DNA of 64,000 nt. It comes from a virus. Position numbers and translations under genes: made by a program. Under the pieces are notes generated by a model. That model was not told the DNA's origin and made no database searches. It worked only from the letters and a program-made list of their open reading frames with translations. Positions within the stretch are counted from its first letter, which is position 1. Each line of letters starts with the position of its first letter. The stretch lies in the IMG/VR virus record IMGVR_UViG_2974600762_000001, positions 39,688 to 103,687 of that record; one strand, 5' to 3'. Of this stretch, positions 1 to 9,122 are shown in pieces.

Positions 1-2
1 GT

Positions 3-449
3 ATCTATGAATACGCTGATAGAGTGCTAGATGGTTGGTTACAGTTTGGCTATGGCCGTATGGAAGAAAAATTAGCCAGTAAGCTAAATAAGTTCTTTGA
101 TGGAGTAGGGGAAGGCCATTTTGAAGATGTTATGGGGTGTGACTTTGATGAGGGCTATGTACGACCAACTGACATCACTGAGGACCAGCTAGCTCATCTA
201 GCTCAGCGAGTAATTATTAAAGTCAACGATACTAGTGATGTATTTACTGTCCTAACGGATATTATACCAGCTAGGAACATCAAGGTATATGAGAACTTAG
301 CTGGTAATTATGTATCAATTGATGCTGTCAATAAGCCAATGAATTATTATCGAGGCATCTATGGTAGCATCCAAGAATTTTTAGATGCTTACTATGGTAT
401 GACAGAAACAAATTTACTTGGGGGTGACAAAGTTGGACAAAACTTATAG
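3..449 (+). CDS. hypothetical protein, 5' end outside the window
   Basis: Frame is open from base 3 (IYEYADRVLDGW...), so the ORF-track start at 24 is probably internal. Confidence 0.6.
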   Translation: MYEYADRVLDGWLQFGYGRMEEKLASKLNKFFDGVGEGHFEDVMGCDFDEGYVRPTDITEDQLAHLAQRVIIKVNDTSDVFTVLTDIIPARNIKVYENLAGNYVSIDAVNKPMNYYRGIYGSIQEFLDAYYGMTETNLLGGDKVGQNL

Positions 450-1038
450 CAAACAGTTAGATGAATTTAAGCGTCTTCACCATGAATTGTCTGAGGCCGT
501 TAATAAATTCAATGCATCATTCAGTAAGATTGAAGAACTAATTGGTGAAATATCTAAACGAGAGCTTGGACTAGACTTACCTGAGATTAATCTTGGGGGA
601 GATGAACATGACCCAGCACCTTGTGATGATACTGATGTTAGTGGTATTAGCATTCGGTTAACTAATGTTAATACCGGGAAGTCAGCAACCTATAGTTCGT
701 TAGCGAAAGCTGCAAATATGAATCATATTTCTGTTAGTGCAATTAGTATTGCTAGTCGCAAGGGAAGCTTAATCTATGGTGTGCTAAAGGTTGAGCGTTT
801 AAAGGAAAAACCGTTAACGACTAATAATATGCGAAGAGTTTCGGTGTATGATGGAGATACTAATAAGGTATATAGTTCTGTTTTAGAGGCTAGTCAAGAG
901 GTAGGAGTTAACTACTCAGATTTTTCTACCGCATTAAGCTATGGTGAGATTACAAACAAGTATGGTCATCACTACCAGATTAAACGATTAGATGAACGCA
1001 AAGACGAAAATCATAGTATTGAGTTACCTAAGATTTGA
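418..1038 (+). CDS. coiled-coil protein with two NUMOD1/IENR1-like helix-turn-helix repeats
   Basis: Repeats RLTNVNTGKSATYSSLAKAANM and VYDGDTNKVYSSVLEASQEVGV resemble the intron-nuclease DNA-binding motif; no nuclease motif seen. Confidence 0.55.
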   Translation: MGVTKLDKTYSKQLDEFKRLHHELSEAVNKFNASFSKIEELIGEISKRELGLDLPEINLGGDEHDPAPCDDTDVSGISIRLTNVNTGKSATYSSLAKAANMNHISVSAISIASRKGSLIYGVLKVERLKEKPLTTNNMRRVSVYDGDTNKVYSSVLEASQEVGVNYSDFSTALSYGEITNKYGHHYQIKRLDERKDENHSIELPKI

Positions 1039-1053
1039 AGGTGGTGATAACTA

Positions 1054-1545
1054 ATGGCAATTGACATTACTAATATTGGGGAGATTGAAGAAATTTCTTA
1101 TCGTAACCAGAGAGGCGAAATTGTAACTATTGACCCCAAAAAGTTGTTAGGATTCAATCGTAATAACTTACCATTTGAAAGCCAAGCTAACACCTATTTT
1201 CTAGTAGCTAGATTAGCCGAACTAGCAAAATTAAAGGTTGAAAACTTAAAAGTTGACCAACGAAAACTAGAGGGTGAACTATATGCTAAGTATGCTAATG
1301 ATGATGGTTTAAAAGCAACAAATAATGGACGCAAGCCCACAGAAGGAACTATTAGCCATATGATAGATAGTGATGAGAGCATGGTAGAACTTAGCAAGAA
1401 GCTTAACATTAACAACTATAAGGCTCAGCTACTTAATCGTCTAGTAAAGGCGTTTGAACAACGTAAAGACCTAATGCAATCACTCTCTGCACAAATGAGA
1501 CAAGAAAATTCATTTGGTGTACCAAGTAATCCTGATAAACAGTAA
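1054..1545 (+). CDS. uvsY: UvsY-like recombination mediator
   Basis: Helical 163 aa with KPTE..I..D and LVKAFEQRKDLMQSL pattern; position directly before ssb and recA as in Herelleviridae. Confidence 0.7.
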   Translation: MAIDITNIGEIEEISYRNQRGEIVTIDPKKLLGFNRNNLPFESQANTYFLVARLAELAKLKVENLKVDQRKLEGELYAKYANDDGLKATNNGRKPTEGTISHMIDSDESMVELSKKLNINNYKAQLLNRLVKAFEQRKDLMQSLSAQMRQENSFGVPSNPDKQ

Positions 1546-1615
1546 TTCTACGAAAAAGTGGGATTTTTGGCATCTCGTGTTATAATGTATATATTAAGAA
1601 ATGAGGTAATTAATA

Positions 1616-2848
1616 ATGGACTTTAGTAAGAAACTCCAAGCTGAATTGAATAAAGCTAACAATGAAGGTGGCAGTAACAATCGTGATAATGGCCCACAAC
1701 GTAAGAGCAAGCAGGTATTTGTAAATGGTAAGAATGGGTTATTTGCTCGTATTTTACCATTGGGTGATAAGTGGTTCGCAGTTACTACTAAACGAGTACA
1801 AATGACCTTGCCTAAGACTAACGGCGAATATACAATGAGCCCTATCTTAGATATGGATAACAAAGACGATAAGTTAGCACAACTTATTAAGAAGGTACAA
1901 CATTTTAACTATGAATATCGTGACTCACATGATGTTGATAGCACGTATGATGCCATTGGCTTAAACAAGCAACCTTATGGTGGTGGTGAACCAAATACTA
2001 GAGTACAAACACGTGTCGAATTTGTCGGTATCCAGATGGTAACTGATGCTAATGGTAATGTAACTATGGAATCCGGCCCTAACGGACCAATCATTCGTAA
2101 CTTCTCAGCATCAGGGGCTGTATATAATAGTTTGCTTGACATCATGGCTGATAAAACCTATAAAGTTAATGGGCAACCATTTGCAGATTCATTAGGATTT
2201 GTATCTGCCCGTGATACGTTCCCGGTACAAGCAAAGTTGCATGGTAATCAATGGAGCGTTAATCCACGTCCAGACATTATTGTACCAACTATGAATTATA
2301 ACTACTTGGAAAAAGATGTTAGTGGTGAAGACTATAAATACTTCGATGACCCTTACCGGTTTAATCAACCATTGATGGTAGCCAACCCAGACTTCTACGA
2401 ACGTGTTCTCGGCCAAGTTCAGGATATCGTAGCTAAGCGTATGCTTGAATTGAAGAACCAAGATGCGGGCTATGCTGGTAATCCTTATTTACAATCAGGT
2501 GCAGAAGATAGCCAAGCATCAAATTCACCAGAACCAGACACCACTAAAACTGCTAGTGCCTATCCAGAACCATGGGCGGTATCGGGTGGAGTTCCAGAAA
2601 ACCCGGGTAAGGTAGATTTAAATGAAGAAAGTACCTCAGAATCACAGGTAGCTAACCAAGGATATACTTCACAAGGCTCTCAGACAGCGCCACAAGCTCC
2701 AGAATCAGCTAATACCCAACCACAGGTACAAACACCTCAGGCAAGTCAAGAATCAAATGACAAGGCAACTAGCGCTTCTAATGACATGGGTAACGGCATG
2801 GAAGCTGACAATAACGTTGACGACTTACTATCTAGTTTAGGATTATAA
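1616..2848 (+). CDS. ssb: single-stranded DNA-binding protein (Twort/SPO1-like)
   Basis: 410 aa, ARILP motif near N-terminus, long Q/S/E/P low-complexity linker, acidic-hydrophobic tail (DDLLSSLGL); synteny between uvsY and recA. Confidence 0.7.
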   Translation: MDFSKKLQAELNKANNEGGSNNRDNGPQRKSKQVFVNGKNGLFARILPLGDKWFAVTTKRVQMTLPKTNGEYTMSPILDMDNKDDKLAQLIKKVQHFNYEYRDSHDVDSTYDAIGLNKQPYGGGEPNTRVQTRVEFVGIQMVTDANGNVTMESGPNGPIIRNFSASGAVYNSLLDIMADKTYKVNGQPFADSLGFVSARDTFPVQAKLHGNQWSVNPRPDIIVPTMNYNYLEKDVSGEDYKYFDDPYRFNQPLMVANPDFYERVLGQVQDIVAKRMLELKNQDAGYAGNPYLQSGAEDSQASNSPEPDTTKTASAYPEPWAVSGGVPENPGKVDLNEESTSESQVANQGYTSQGSQTAPQAPESANTQPQVQTPQASQESNDKATSASNDMGNGMEADNNVDDLLSSLGL

Positions 2849-2867
2849 TAGGGGGTAATTAATTAAT

Positions 2868-4109
2868 ATGACGAAGGCTACTAAAGAAAGTTATACTGAT
2901 GAATTAGGGTCTTTGTTTGGGGATTTAGCTAAGGATGATGACTCCTTAGCTACTTTTTCAGATAACGACCTAGGAGAAACTAAGGATTGGGTACCCACTT
3001 TAATTCCGGCGCTAGATAAAAACTTAGTAGCCGGTATCCCAGCCAGTGGTGAAATTTCTGAAATATTTGGGGGACCTAGCGCCGGAAAATCAACCTTTGC
3101 TGGTTTAATTATGCACAATGCTCAAAAGATGGGTATTGTACCAATTTATTTTGACGTTGAAACTACTCAGCGTGCTTCTAGGCTAATGGAATTGGGTGTA
3201 GACCCTAGGTTTGTTTTGACTGTTAAGCCTAAGCGGTTAAAGAATAAAAAGATGATGCCTTTGTATATTGAAGATATTGGTGAAAAGATGATTGATATGG
3301 CCGCTAAAATCCATGACCGTGACAAGAATCTAATTACTATGTTCATTTGGGATTCCGTAGCTATGACTCAGCCAAAAATGGCAGCAGAAGCAGATGCAGA
3401 CCAACAACTAGTGGGTCAACAAGCTAAGGCTTTAACGGTCATTGGCCGTAAAATTCAGGTTAATTTAGCTGCAAACAATGGATTTTTGCTTGCATTTAAT
3501 CAAGCTAGGGACGATTTTAATGCCCCTAATGCAAAGTATGCACAAGTTAAAACGGTTGGTGGAAAGGGCTGGTACCACTTATTATCAACCCAAATCCTAT
3601 TTAAAAAGAGCACTAAGATTAAAGCCAAATCTTCTGACAAGGAAGCAATTGGTCAGGAAACTCGTGTATCAGTGCCAAAATCAAAGATTGGGGATAATGC
3701 TACTGATGAGGTAACTGTTGACCTAATTGGGGCGACTGGATTTGATGCTGAACGTAATTTGATTACCTCAGCAAATGACTTGGGATTAGTAGAAGGTTCA
3801 AATTGGATGACCTATGTTACTGATAATGGTGAAAAGATTAAGTTGCAAGGAAAGATTGCATGGACTGAATACTTAAAGACAGATGAAGCCAGTGAGGTTA
3901 GAACAGAATTGTGGCAGAAAGTATTACTAACCTACTTTCCAAAGTGCTACCCGCCATTATTCAACTTGCACGCTCGGTTAACTGTTGACAAATTCCCAGA
4001 GATTAAAGGGTTACGCAAATATTATTCTGACATTCAAGAAAAGCTCCCGGATAATGAGCAGGATTATAATTATCGTACCTATATGAAAGCAGGGCTGCCA
4101 CTTGACTAG
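2868..4109 (+). CDS. recA: RecA/UvsX recombinase
   Basis: Walker A GGPSAGKST, YFDVE, Walker B FIWDSVA, FNQAR, GGKG motifs. Confidence 0.95.
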   Translation: MTKATKESYTDELGSLFGDLAKDDDSLATFSDNDLGETKDWVPTLIPALDKNLVAGIPASGEISEIFGGPSAGKSTFAGLIMHNAQKMGIVPIYFDVETTQRASRLMELGVDPRFVLTVKPKRLKNKKMMPLYIEDIGEKMIDMAAKIHDRDKNLITMFIWDSVAMTQPKMAAEADADQQLVGQQAKALTVIGRKIQVNLAANNGFLLAFNQARDDFNAPNAKYAQVKTVGGKGWYHLLSTQILFKKSTKIKAKSSDKEAIGQETRVSVPKSKIGDNATDEVTVDLIGATGFDAERNLITSANDLGLVEGSNWMTYVTDNGEKIKLQGKIAWTEYLKTDEASEVRTELWQKVLLTYFPKCYPPLFNLHARLTVDKFPEIKGLRKYYSDIQEKLPDNEQDYNYRTYMKAGLPLD

Positions 4110-4425
4110 AAGAAATGAAGCAGACGTCATTTTAGACGTTATGCAGACGGGTCAGGGGGCTGGTTATTCCCCTAATTATAACCAGAAAGCAATTGTTAAA
4201 GAACGTTTGGGGATTCAGTTAAAAAAACACAAGCGAGTGCTATTGGTATATCAGGACATTTATCGTCCTCAACCAGCAGCAGTGGTTACTATCACTAAGT
4301 TATACGATAACTTTGCTTTAGGTTATGTTTATAATAAGCTAAGTGATACAAAGATACCATATACAATTAATTATACTTCTATTATTGCAAAGGATTACAG
4401 AGTAGAATCCGCTTACGAAGAATAA
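4102..4425 (+). CDS. conserved hypothetical protein between recA and sigma
   Basis: TTG start overlapping recA stop; about 110 aa gene at this position is typical of Herelleviridae. Confidence 0.7.
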   Translation: MTRRNEADVILDVMQTGQGAGYSPNYNQKAIVKERLGIQLKKHKRVLLVYQDIYRPQPAAVVTITKLYDNFALGYVYNKLSDTKIPYTINYTSIIAKDYRVESAYEE

Positions 4426-4437
4426 GGAGGAGTAACT

Positions 4438-5175
4438 ATCACTAAGAATATCACCGGTTATAACTCTGACAGTAAAAATGTATTCAATTCTGTGGGTAAT
4501 TATTATGCCCCCAAAGGTGCTTCCAACATAAAGTTTCTTAGAAGTCCTGAAAAATTACTAAAGCAGTATGATAACTTAATAAGGAGCTTAGGTAGAAAGT
4601 ATGGACGGTTCCTATCATCGGAGGCCGACCGTCAAGAGCTATATTCATTCATTCAAGATGCCTTTATCTCGTTAGTAAAAGAATACGATATCAGTAGCGA
4701 AGTAGACTTTCCGGGCTATATTGTTAAGATGCTGGAGTTCAGAGTTAGTCAATCTTATGCAAAACCTGAGCAAGAGCGTAGAGACCATATCAGCCCCCTA
4801 AAGAAAGAGACTACCACTATTGAGGGTATTATTGATAGTAAACAAATATCTGGAGATACAACTTCTATAGGGTTCAAAGGCAATGATGTTAAGAACAAAG
4901 ATGGTGATATCACCCCAAAAGCTATCAGGTCTGTTGTCCATGTTCCTAGAGACAACGAGATTGATAGTACTCTGATGGAATTAATTGATGATTTAAGCAC
5001 CAGAGCACGCCTAAGCCCGATTAAGGTTGCTTTAGTAAAAGAATTTTATGAAAATGACCCCGGTGTAATAAGGGCTAAGGAGAATGTAGCCAAGCAATTA
5101 AACGTTCCTATCAGTGATGTTAAGAAAGAGTATGCAGAGCTAAAGGAATATTTAGAAATAACATACTATGATTAA
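4438..5175 (+). CDS. phage RNA polymerase sigma factor (start probably ATC 4438; ORF track gives GTG 4492)
   Basis: Region-2-like LLKQYDNLIRSLGRKY...DRQELYSFIQDAFISLVKEYD...FPGYI and C-terminal HTH AKQLNVPISDVKK; AAGGAGG at 4424-4430 lies 7 nt before in-frame ATC. Confidence 0.8.
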   Translation: MTKNITGYNSDSKNVFNSVGNYYAPKGASNIKFLRSPEKLLKQYDNLIRSLGRKYGRFLSSEADRQELYSFIQDAFISLVKEYDISSEVDFPGYIVKMLEFRVSQSYAKPEQERRDHISPLKKETTTIEGIIDSKQISGDTTSIGFKGNDVKNKDGDITPKAIRSVVHVPRDNEIDSTLMELIDDLSTRARLSPIKVALVKEFYENDPGVIRAKENVAKQLNVPISDVKKEYAELKEYLEITYYD

Positions 5176-5190
5176 CATATTTGGTAACCC

Positions 5191-5198
5191 TTATATTA
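5191..5198 (+). promoter_or_regulatory. putative late (phage-sigma) promoter core TTATATTA
   Basis: Intergenic, upstream of 5256; same 8-mer intergenic at 25063-25070 and 27950-27957; resembles the TGTTATATTA late consensus of Twort-like phage K. Confidence 0.45.
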
Positions 5199-5255
5199 CT
5201 AGGTGTAAGGATAAGTAATATAATAAATTTAGACACGAAGAGGAGATAATCTACT

Positions 5256-5765
5256 ATGGATTTAAAAGATACGACTATGGCAAACCTAGACGGTAAATTT
5301 ATCGTCAATAACTACCCATCAGCGAGTGCTGATGTATACTTTGATGAGGGTGCAGGTCCAATTGTTTTGGCAGTTAAGTCAAACAAGGTTTATCAGGTAG
5401 GGTTAACTAAGAAAGATTTGCAAGATGTTACCAAGGGTAAGCTGATTGCTACTGTTGATGCCAGTAAGAAGAAAATTTCATGGGTTCAATATCATCATAA
5501 GGACAACCTGTATGATACCTATAATGGTGTTAGGGTAAGCGGATATGATGGTGCTGATGCGGGTGTTCCTTTAATTCAGGCTATTGGCTTATTCTTTAAA
5601 GGAATCAATGTAACTGCTTATGACCCTTATATTCTAAGCTTAGACGAAATTCTAAATGCTGTTTATAATGCTGATGGTTCTAGAGCAACTGCAACTACTG
5701 CAACTACGACTACTAAAAAAGTAGCCCCAACTACAACTACTACAACTACAGTGAGCAAGGGCTAA
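5256..5765 (+). CDS. putative virion accessory protein with poly-Thr C-terminal tail
   Basis: SD AGGAG; beta-rich body; tail RATATTATTTTKKVAPTTTTTTTVSKG; occupies the post-sigma slot that holds Ig-like tail proteins in Twort-like phages. Confidence 0.6.
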   Translation: MDLKDTTMANLDGKFIVNNYPSASADVYFDEGAGPIVLAVKSNKVYQVGLTKKDLQDVTKGKLIATVDASKKKISWVQYHHKDNLYDTYNGVRVSGYDGADAGVPLIQAIGLFFKGINVTAYDPYILSLDEILNAVYNADGSRATATTATTTTKKVAPTTTTTTTVSKG

Positions 5766-5850
5766 ACCTGTAGTGAGCAGTGTAGAAACGACAGAAGAAT
5801 CAGCGACAATTAATGCCACACTAAAATAATTATGAAGGAGAGAATTGTTA

Positions 5851-6162
5851 ATGGCAACTAAATTTGATGTATATAATGGCAACGGTACTTTAGTAGTATC
5901 TGCCCAAGAATCTCCGGTTACAGTAACTGGATTAGCTCCAGATACCACATATACCGGTTGGTATGTAACGGTATCAGGACAAACTGCTAAGACTATTATC
6001 CCTGATTTCACAACTAAGGCATCTGCTACAACAACTACAAGCACTACTTTAAAGGTAACGACAACTACTAGTACGACAACTGTAAAACCAACTACAACGA
6101 CTACTAGTACGACAACGGTAAAACCAACTACAACGACTACTAGTACGACAACGGTAGCGTAA
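5851..6162 (+). CDS. FN3-like tail-tube decoration protein (phi13 major-tail C-terminal type) with mucin-like Thr tail
   Basis: MATKFDVYNGNG..VTVTGLAPDTTYTGWYVT..IPDFTT matches the V.L..L..DTTY....Y.V....VP.F.T pattern; about 45 C-terminal residues mostly T/S. Confidence 0.7.
   Translation: MATKFDVYNGNGTLVVSAQESPVTVTGLAPDTTYTGWYVTVSGQTAKTIIPDFTTKASATTTTSTTLKVTTTTSTTTVKPTTTTTSTTTVKPTTTTTSTTTVA
6085..6156 (+). repeat. perfect 36-nt tandem repeat (2 copies) encoding KPTTTTTSTTTV
   Basis: aaaccaactacaacgactactagtacgacaacggta at 6085-6120 and 6121-6156. Confidence 0.95.
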
Positions 6163-6166
6163 GTAA

Positions 6167-7045
6167 ATGAAGTATCTATCAAGCCAGAACGCAACTGTTA
6201 AGTTTAAATGGCAATTGTCTGTTTATATCACTAGTTTGTTAGAAATTGGGATTAACCCCGATGACATTGTAGTGCTGTTCTCGGACAGTGATAGCCATAT
6301 CCCTAAATATATTAGAGACCATTACCATGTAGATGTACATGTATATGAGGATAATCGAGAAGACAAAAGCTATATTCCTAGTATAAAGCCTTACTTGGTT
6401 TATCGTTATTTAGACGAGAATCCTTCTGCTAGACTAGAGGATTATGTCTATACAGATTCTGATATAATTATCAGGGAACCACTTGATTTTAGTCTGCTAC
6501 CAGCTGACCGTAAAAATTGGTATGGTTCAGATTGTGGTGGATACCTCGATATGGGATATTTAAATTATGTTGATAATTCTGAAAAGATTATTAATGCTAT
6601 GCTAGAAACAGTTGGAATTACAATTGATGATGTTAAGAGTATTGATGCTAATTGTATTGGTGCTCAGTATATCCTGTCAAACCCTAGTCCTGAATACTTT
6701 AAGAAAGTATATCAAGACTCTTACAAACTATACCACGCAACCACAAGGATTGAGTCTAATTTTCAAAATTGGGTAGCAGAGATGTATGCTACTTTATGGA
6801 ATATGCCTCTATTTGGTATTAACCCCTATATTAGTGATGAGTTGGCCTTCACGTGGGGAACTGATAGTGCGGAGACATTCAAAGAGAACAAGATTTATCA
6901 TGATGCTGGCGTAGTTGATGGTAACCAAGGGTTATTCTACAAAGGTAATTATAATATGAGAGAGCCTTTTGATGATGATTTTAGTTTCATCAGCAAAGAT
7001 AAAGCATCTTATTATTATACTAAGTATATTAAAGCAACTAAGTAA
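6167..7045 (+). CDS. GT-A fold glycosyltransferase, possible protein O-glycosyltransferase
   Basis: Y..SIKPY motif, DxD motif in YVYTDSDII, W.AEMY, C-terminal IYHDAG; start codon 4 nt after the Thr-tail gene. Confidence 0.75.
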   Translation: MKYLSSQNATVKFKWQLSVYITSLLEIGINPDDIVVLFSDSDSHIPKYIRDHYHVDVHVYEDNREDKSYIPSIKPYLVYRYLDENPSARLEDYVYTDSDIIIREPLDFSLLPADRKNWYGSDCGGYLDMGYLNYVDNSEKIINAMLETVGITIDDVKSIDANCIGAQYILSNPSPEYFKKVYQDSYKLYHATTRIESNFQNWVAEMYATLWNMPLFGINPYISDELAFTWGTDSAETFKENKIYHDAGVVDGNQGLFYKGNYNMREPFDDDFSFISKDKASYYYTKYIKATK

Positions 7046-7055
7046 TACTCATAAG

Positions 7056-7083
7056 AGGCCGCCTTCAATAGGTGGTCTTTTTG
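7056..7083 (+). terminator. intrinsic terminator after the glycosyltransferase
   Basis: AGGCCGCC-ttcaata-GGTGGTCT followed by T-run. Confidence 0.85.
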
Positions 7084-7128
7084 TTACAAACATGGTATAA
7101 TATAAATAATTAAGAAAGAGGTAATAAT

Positions 7129-7209
7129 ATGGCTTATTATGATAAAGCAACAAGCGATAAATTAAAAGATAAATTTACAGAGGAGACTGACAATGGATAT
7201 TTTAATTAA
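7129..7209 (+). CDS. 26-aa leader ORF (MAYYDKATSDKLKDKFTEETDNGYFN)
   Basis: SD AAGAGG and TG-TATAAT upstream; overlaps SD and start of next gene. Confidence 0.4.
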   Translation: MAYYDKATSDKLKDKFTEETDNGYFN

Positions 7210-7690
7210 TAAATGGTTCTTAATTGTAGAAATAACCTATATCTTAACAGTATTCTTTGAATACTTGTCTACAATTACTGCTGTCAGAAATGCTGATAGC
7301 TATGCTAGGCAAGTGGGTAATGAACTTACTAGTGATGTCATTAAGAAAGGTATTAAGTTTGGCTTTATAATGGAAGGGTTAGTAGGAGCAATTTTATCTG
7401 GTGGGCTAGCTGCTTTTATTATTGCTGAGAAAGGCACTTTTACTTCCTTTGAATACGTGGTATTTTATTTTATGGGATTATTTATATCATTATTTATTCG
7501 TAACTATATTTATTCTTGGGTAACAAATACTTATTCAGATAGACAAGTTAAACGAATGAAGAATGCACAGGCTAAGATTATCAAGGAAGCCCAGAAAGAC
7601 GTTGCTAATGGGTCTTTATCACCTGAACAGTTAGAACATCTTATGGACTTAACTTCTGGGAAGGCACGTGATAATCAATGGCGGAAATAA
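7193..7690 (+). CDS. membrane protein (about 3 TM segments)
   Basis: Hydrophobic stretches; SD GAGGAG. Confidence 0.7.
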   Translation: MDILINKWFLIVEITYILTVFFEYLSTITAVRNADSYARQVGNELTSDVIKKGIKFGFIMEGLVGAILSGGLAAFIIAEKGTFTSFEYVVFYFMGLFISLFIRNYIYSWVTNTYSDRQVKRMKNAQAKIIKEAQKDVANGSLSPEQLEHLMDLTSGKARDNQWRK

Positions 7691-8256
7691 GCACAGTCAA
7701 AGCAGGAGTAGTAATGATAAAGTCTAATCCTTACTATTATGTGGAGGAAATTAGTGTACAAGGTGCTAGTGTTCCTTATTTAGCAGTTTATGAAATTAGT
7801 AAGGAGTCTTTGTCTCAGTATGCCATAAGTAAAGACCTATCAGTGATATATAAGAAAGTTGCCCATCGTCAGGTTGAAAAAACTAGAGTTATTGGTCTAA
7901 CAAAATTATCAAAGTTAGTTACTAAGGGTAAAGATAAGGTTACTGAAAAGCATACACAAACTCTGGTAGCAAAACCTCTTTTCCTAGCAGAGGAAGAACC
8001 CGGAATTGATTCATTTACTAATGAATATGGAATGGGATTTATGGAATACGTGAAGAACCCCGATGAAATTCTAAAAGCAAACATAAGTAATCACAAAGAT
8101 ATGCCACCAGCAACAGTTCCTACTGGAGTATTTATCAGTGTAAAGCATATTGCATGGCAGAAACAGTATATTCCAATTGCAGGACTAGTTGGTTATTTAT
8201 CAGACTTGATTGATAATACTTTTGGGATGCCTTCAATTGATGTATTTGGGGGCTAG
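7678..8256 (+). CDS. hypothetical protein
   Basis: 192-aa ORF coupled to neighbours. Confidence 0.7.
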   Translation: MAEISTVKAGVVMIKSNPYYYVEEISVQGASVPYLAVYEISKESLSQYAISKDLSVIYKKVAHRQVEKTRVIGLTKLSKLVTKGKDKVTEKHTQTLVAKPLFLAEEEPGIDSFTNEYGMGFMEYVKNPDEILKANISNHKDMPPATVPTGVFISVKHIAWQKQYIPIAGLVGYLSDLIDNTFGMPSIDVFGG

Positions 8257-8259
8257 ATT

Positions 8260-9030
8260 ATGGCTCGTGTTATGGAAGATGATGTTAAACAAGCTATCCT
8301 TAGCAACCGTCATCTCTTATCTGGATTAGGAGAATTAGGGAAGACCAAAGTTATATTTGAAAAGGGTATGAACTATGGTAACTTAATAGCCGATGCTATC
8401 GCTTTTACTCAAAGACAAGGAATCATTGGTTATGAGATTAAGACAGAGTATGATACGTTAAAGAGACTACCAAAACAATTGGATAGCTATGTTAGAGTAT
8501 GCAACTATGTTATTGTTTTCTGTCATGATTCTAAGTTAGAAGAAGTAGAAGAATTATTGGCTAGTAAGAACTATCCATTTGTCGGAATCATTAGTTATTC
8601 AGAATTTAATGATGATATTATTACTGGCATGTATCGAGCCCCTCAAATTAACCCTTTATTTAAGATGAAAGCCTGCCTGTCGATGCTTTGGAAAAACGAA
8701 ATATATGCCATTTTGTCTGCCTATGTTAATCATCCGAGCAACGTGGTTAAGAATACCTATAATGAGAAGGCTACTAATGTTCATACAGCTATGCTAAGCA
8801 GAAATTCTCAGTATGGCGTGTTAAGGCGTGATATGACCAAGAGAGCAATGATTGCGCTGTATGACAATCTAATTCCAGAGAATGAAGGTATCCGAATTAT
8901 TTGTGAGATGTTTATCACTGAAAAATTTGACCCCAATAAAAACTTGCAGTTATATAATTATGGTGACCAGTTTACTCATGATGTAACCTTTAAAGATGGC
9001 TACAATAAGCATAACAGAAGAAGACATTAA
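8260..9030 (+). CDS. PD-(D/E)xK nuclease-like protein (sce7726/MmcB-like)
   Basis: IADAIAF...IGYEIKTEYDTLKRLPKQLDSY motif. Confidence 0.7.
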   Translation: MARVMEDDVKQAILSNRHLLSGLGELGKTKVIFEKGMNYGNLIADAIAFTQRQGIIGYEIKTEYDTLKRLPKQLDSYVRVCNYVIVFCHDSKLEEVEELLASKNYPFVGIISYSEFNDDIITGMYRAPQINPLFKMKACLSMLWKNEIYAILSAYVNHPSNVVKNTYNEKATNVHTAMLSRNSQYGVLRRDMTKRAMIALYDNLIPENEGIRIICEMFITEKFDPNKNLQLYNYGDQFTHDVTFKDGYNKHNRRRH

Positions 9031-9047
9031 GTTGTCTTCTTTTTTAT
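9017..9047 (+). terminator. intrinsic terminator
   Basis: AAGAAGAC-attaagtt-GTCTTCTT plus T-run. Confidence 0.7.
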
Positions 9048-9122
9048 TTGATATAAGTGTTGACATTGGTGTTATTTAACTGTATACTAAGCTTATTCAA
9101 TAAAGGAAGAGGTAAACCTAAC

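Noticed and set aside
5652-6194. 180-aa Val-rich ORF on the minus strand
   Set aside because: It is the antisense shadow of the poly-Thr codons (act/aca read as gtN); no SD or promoter.
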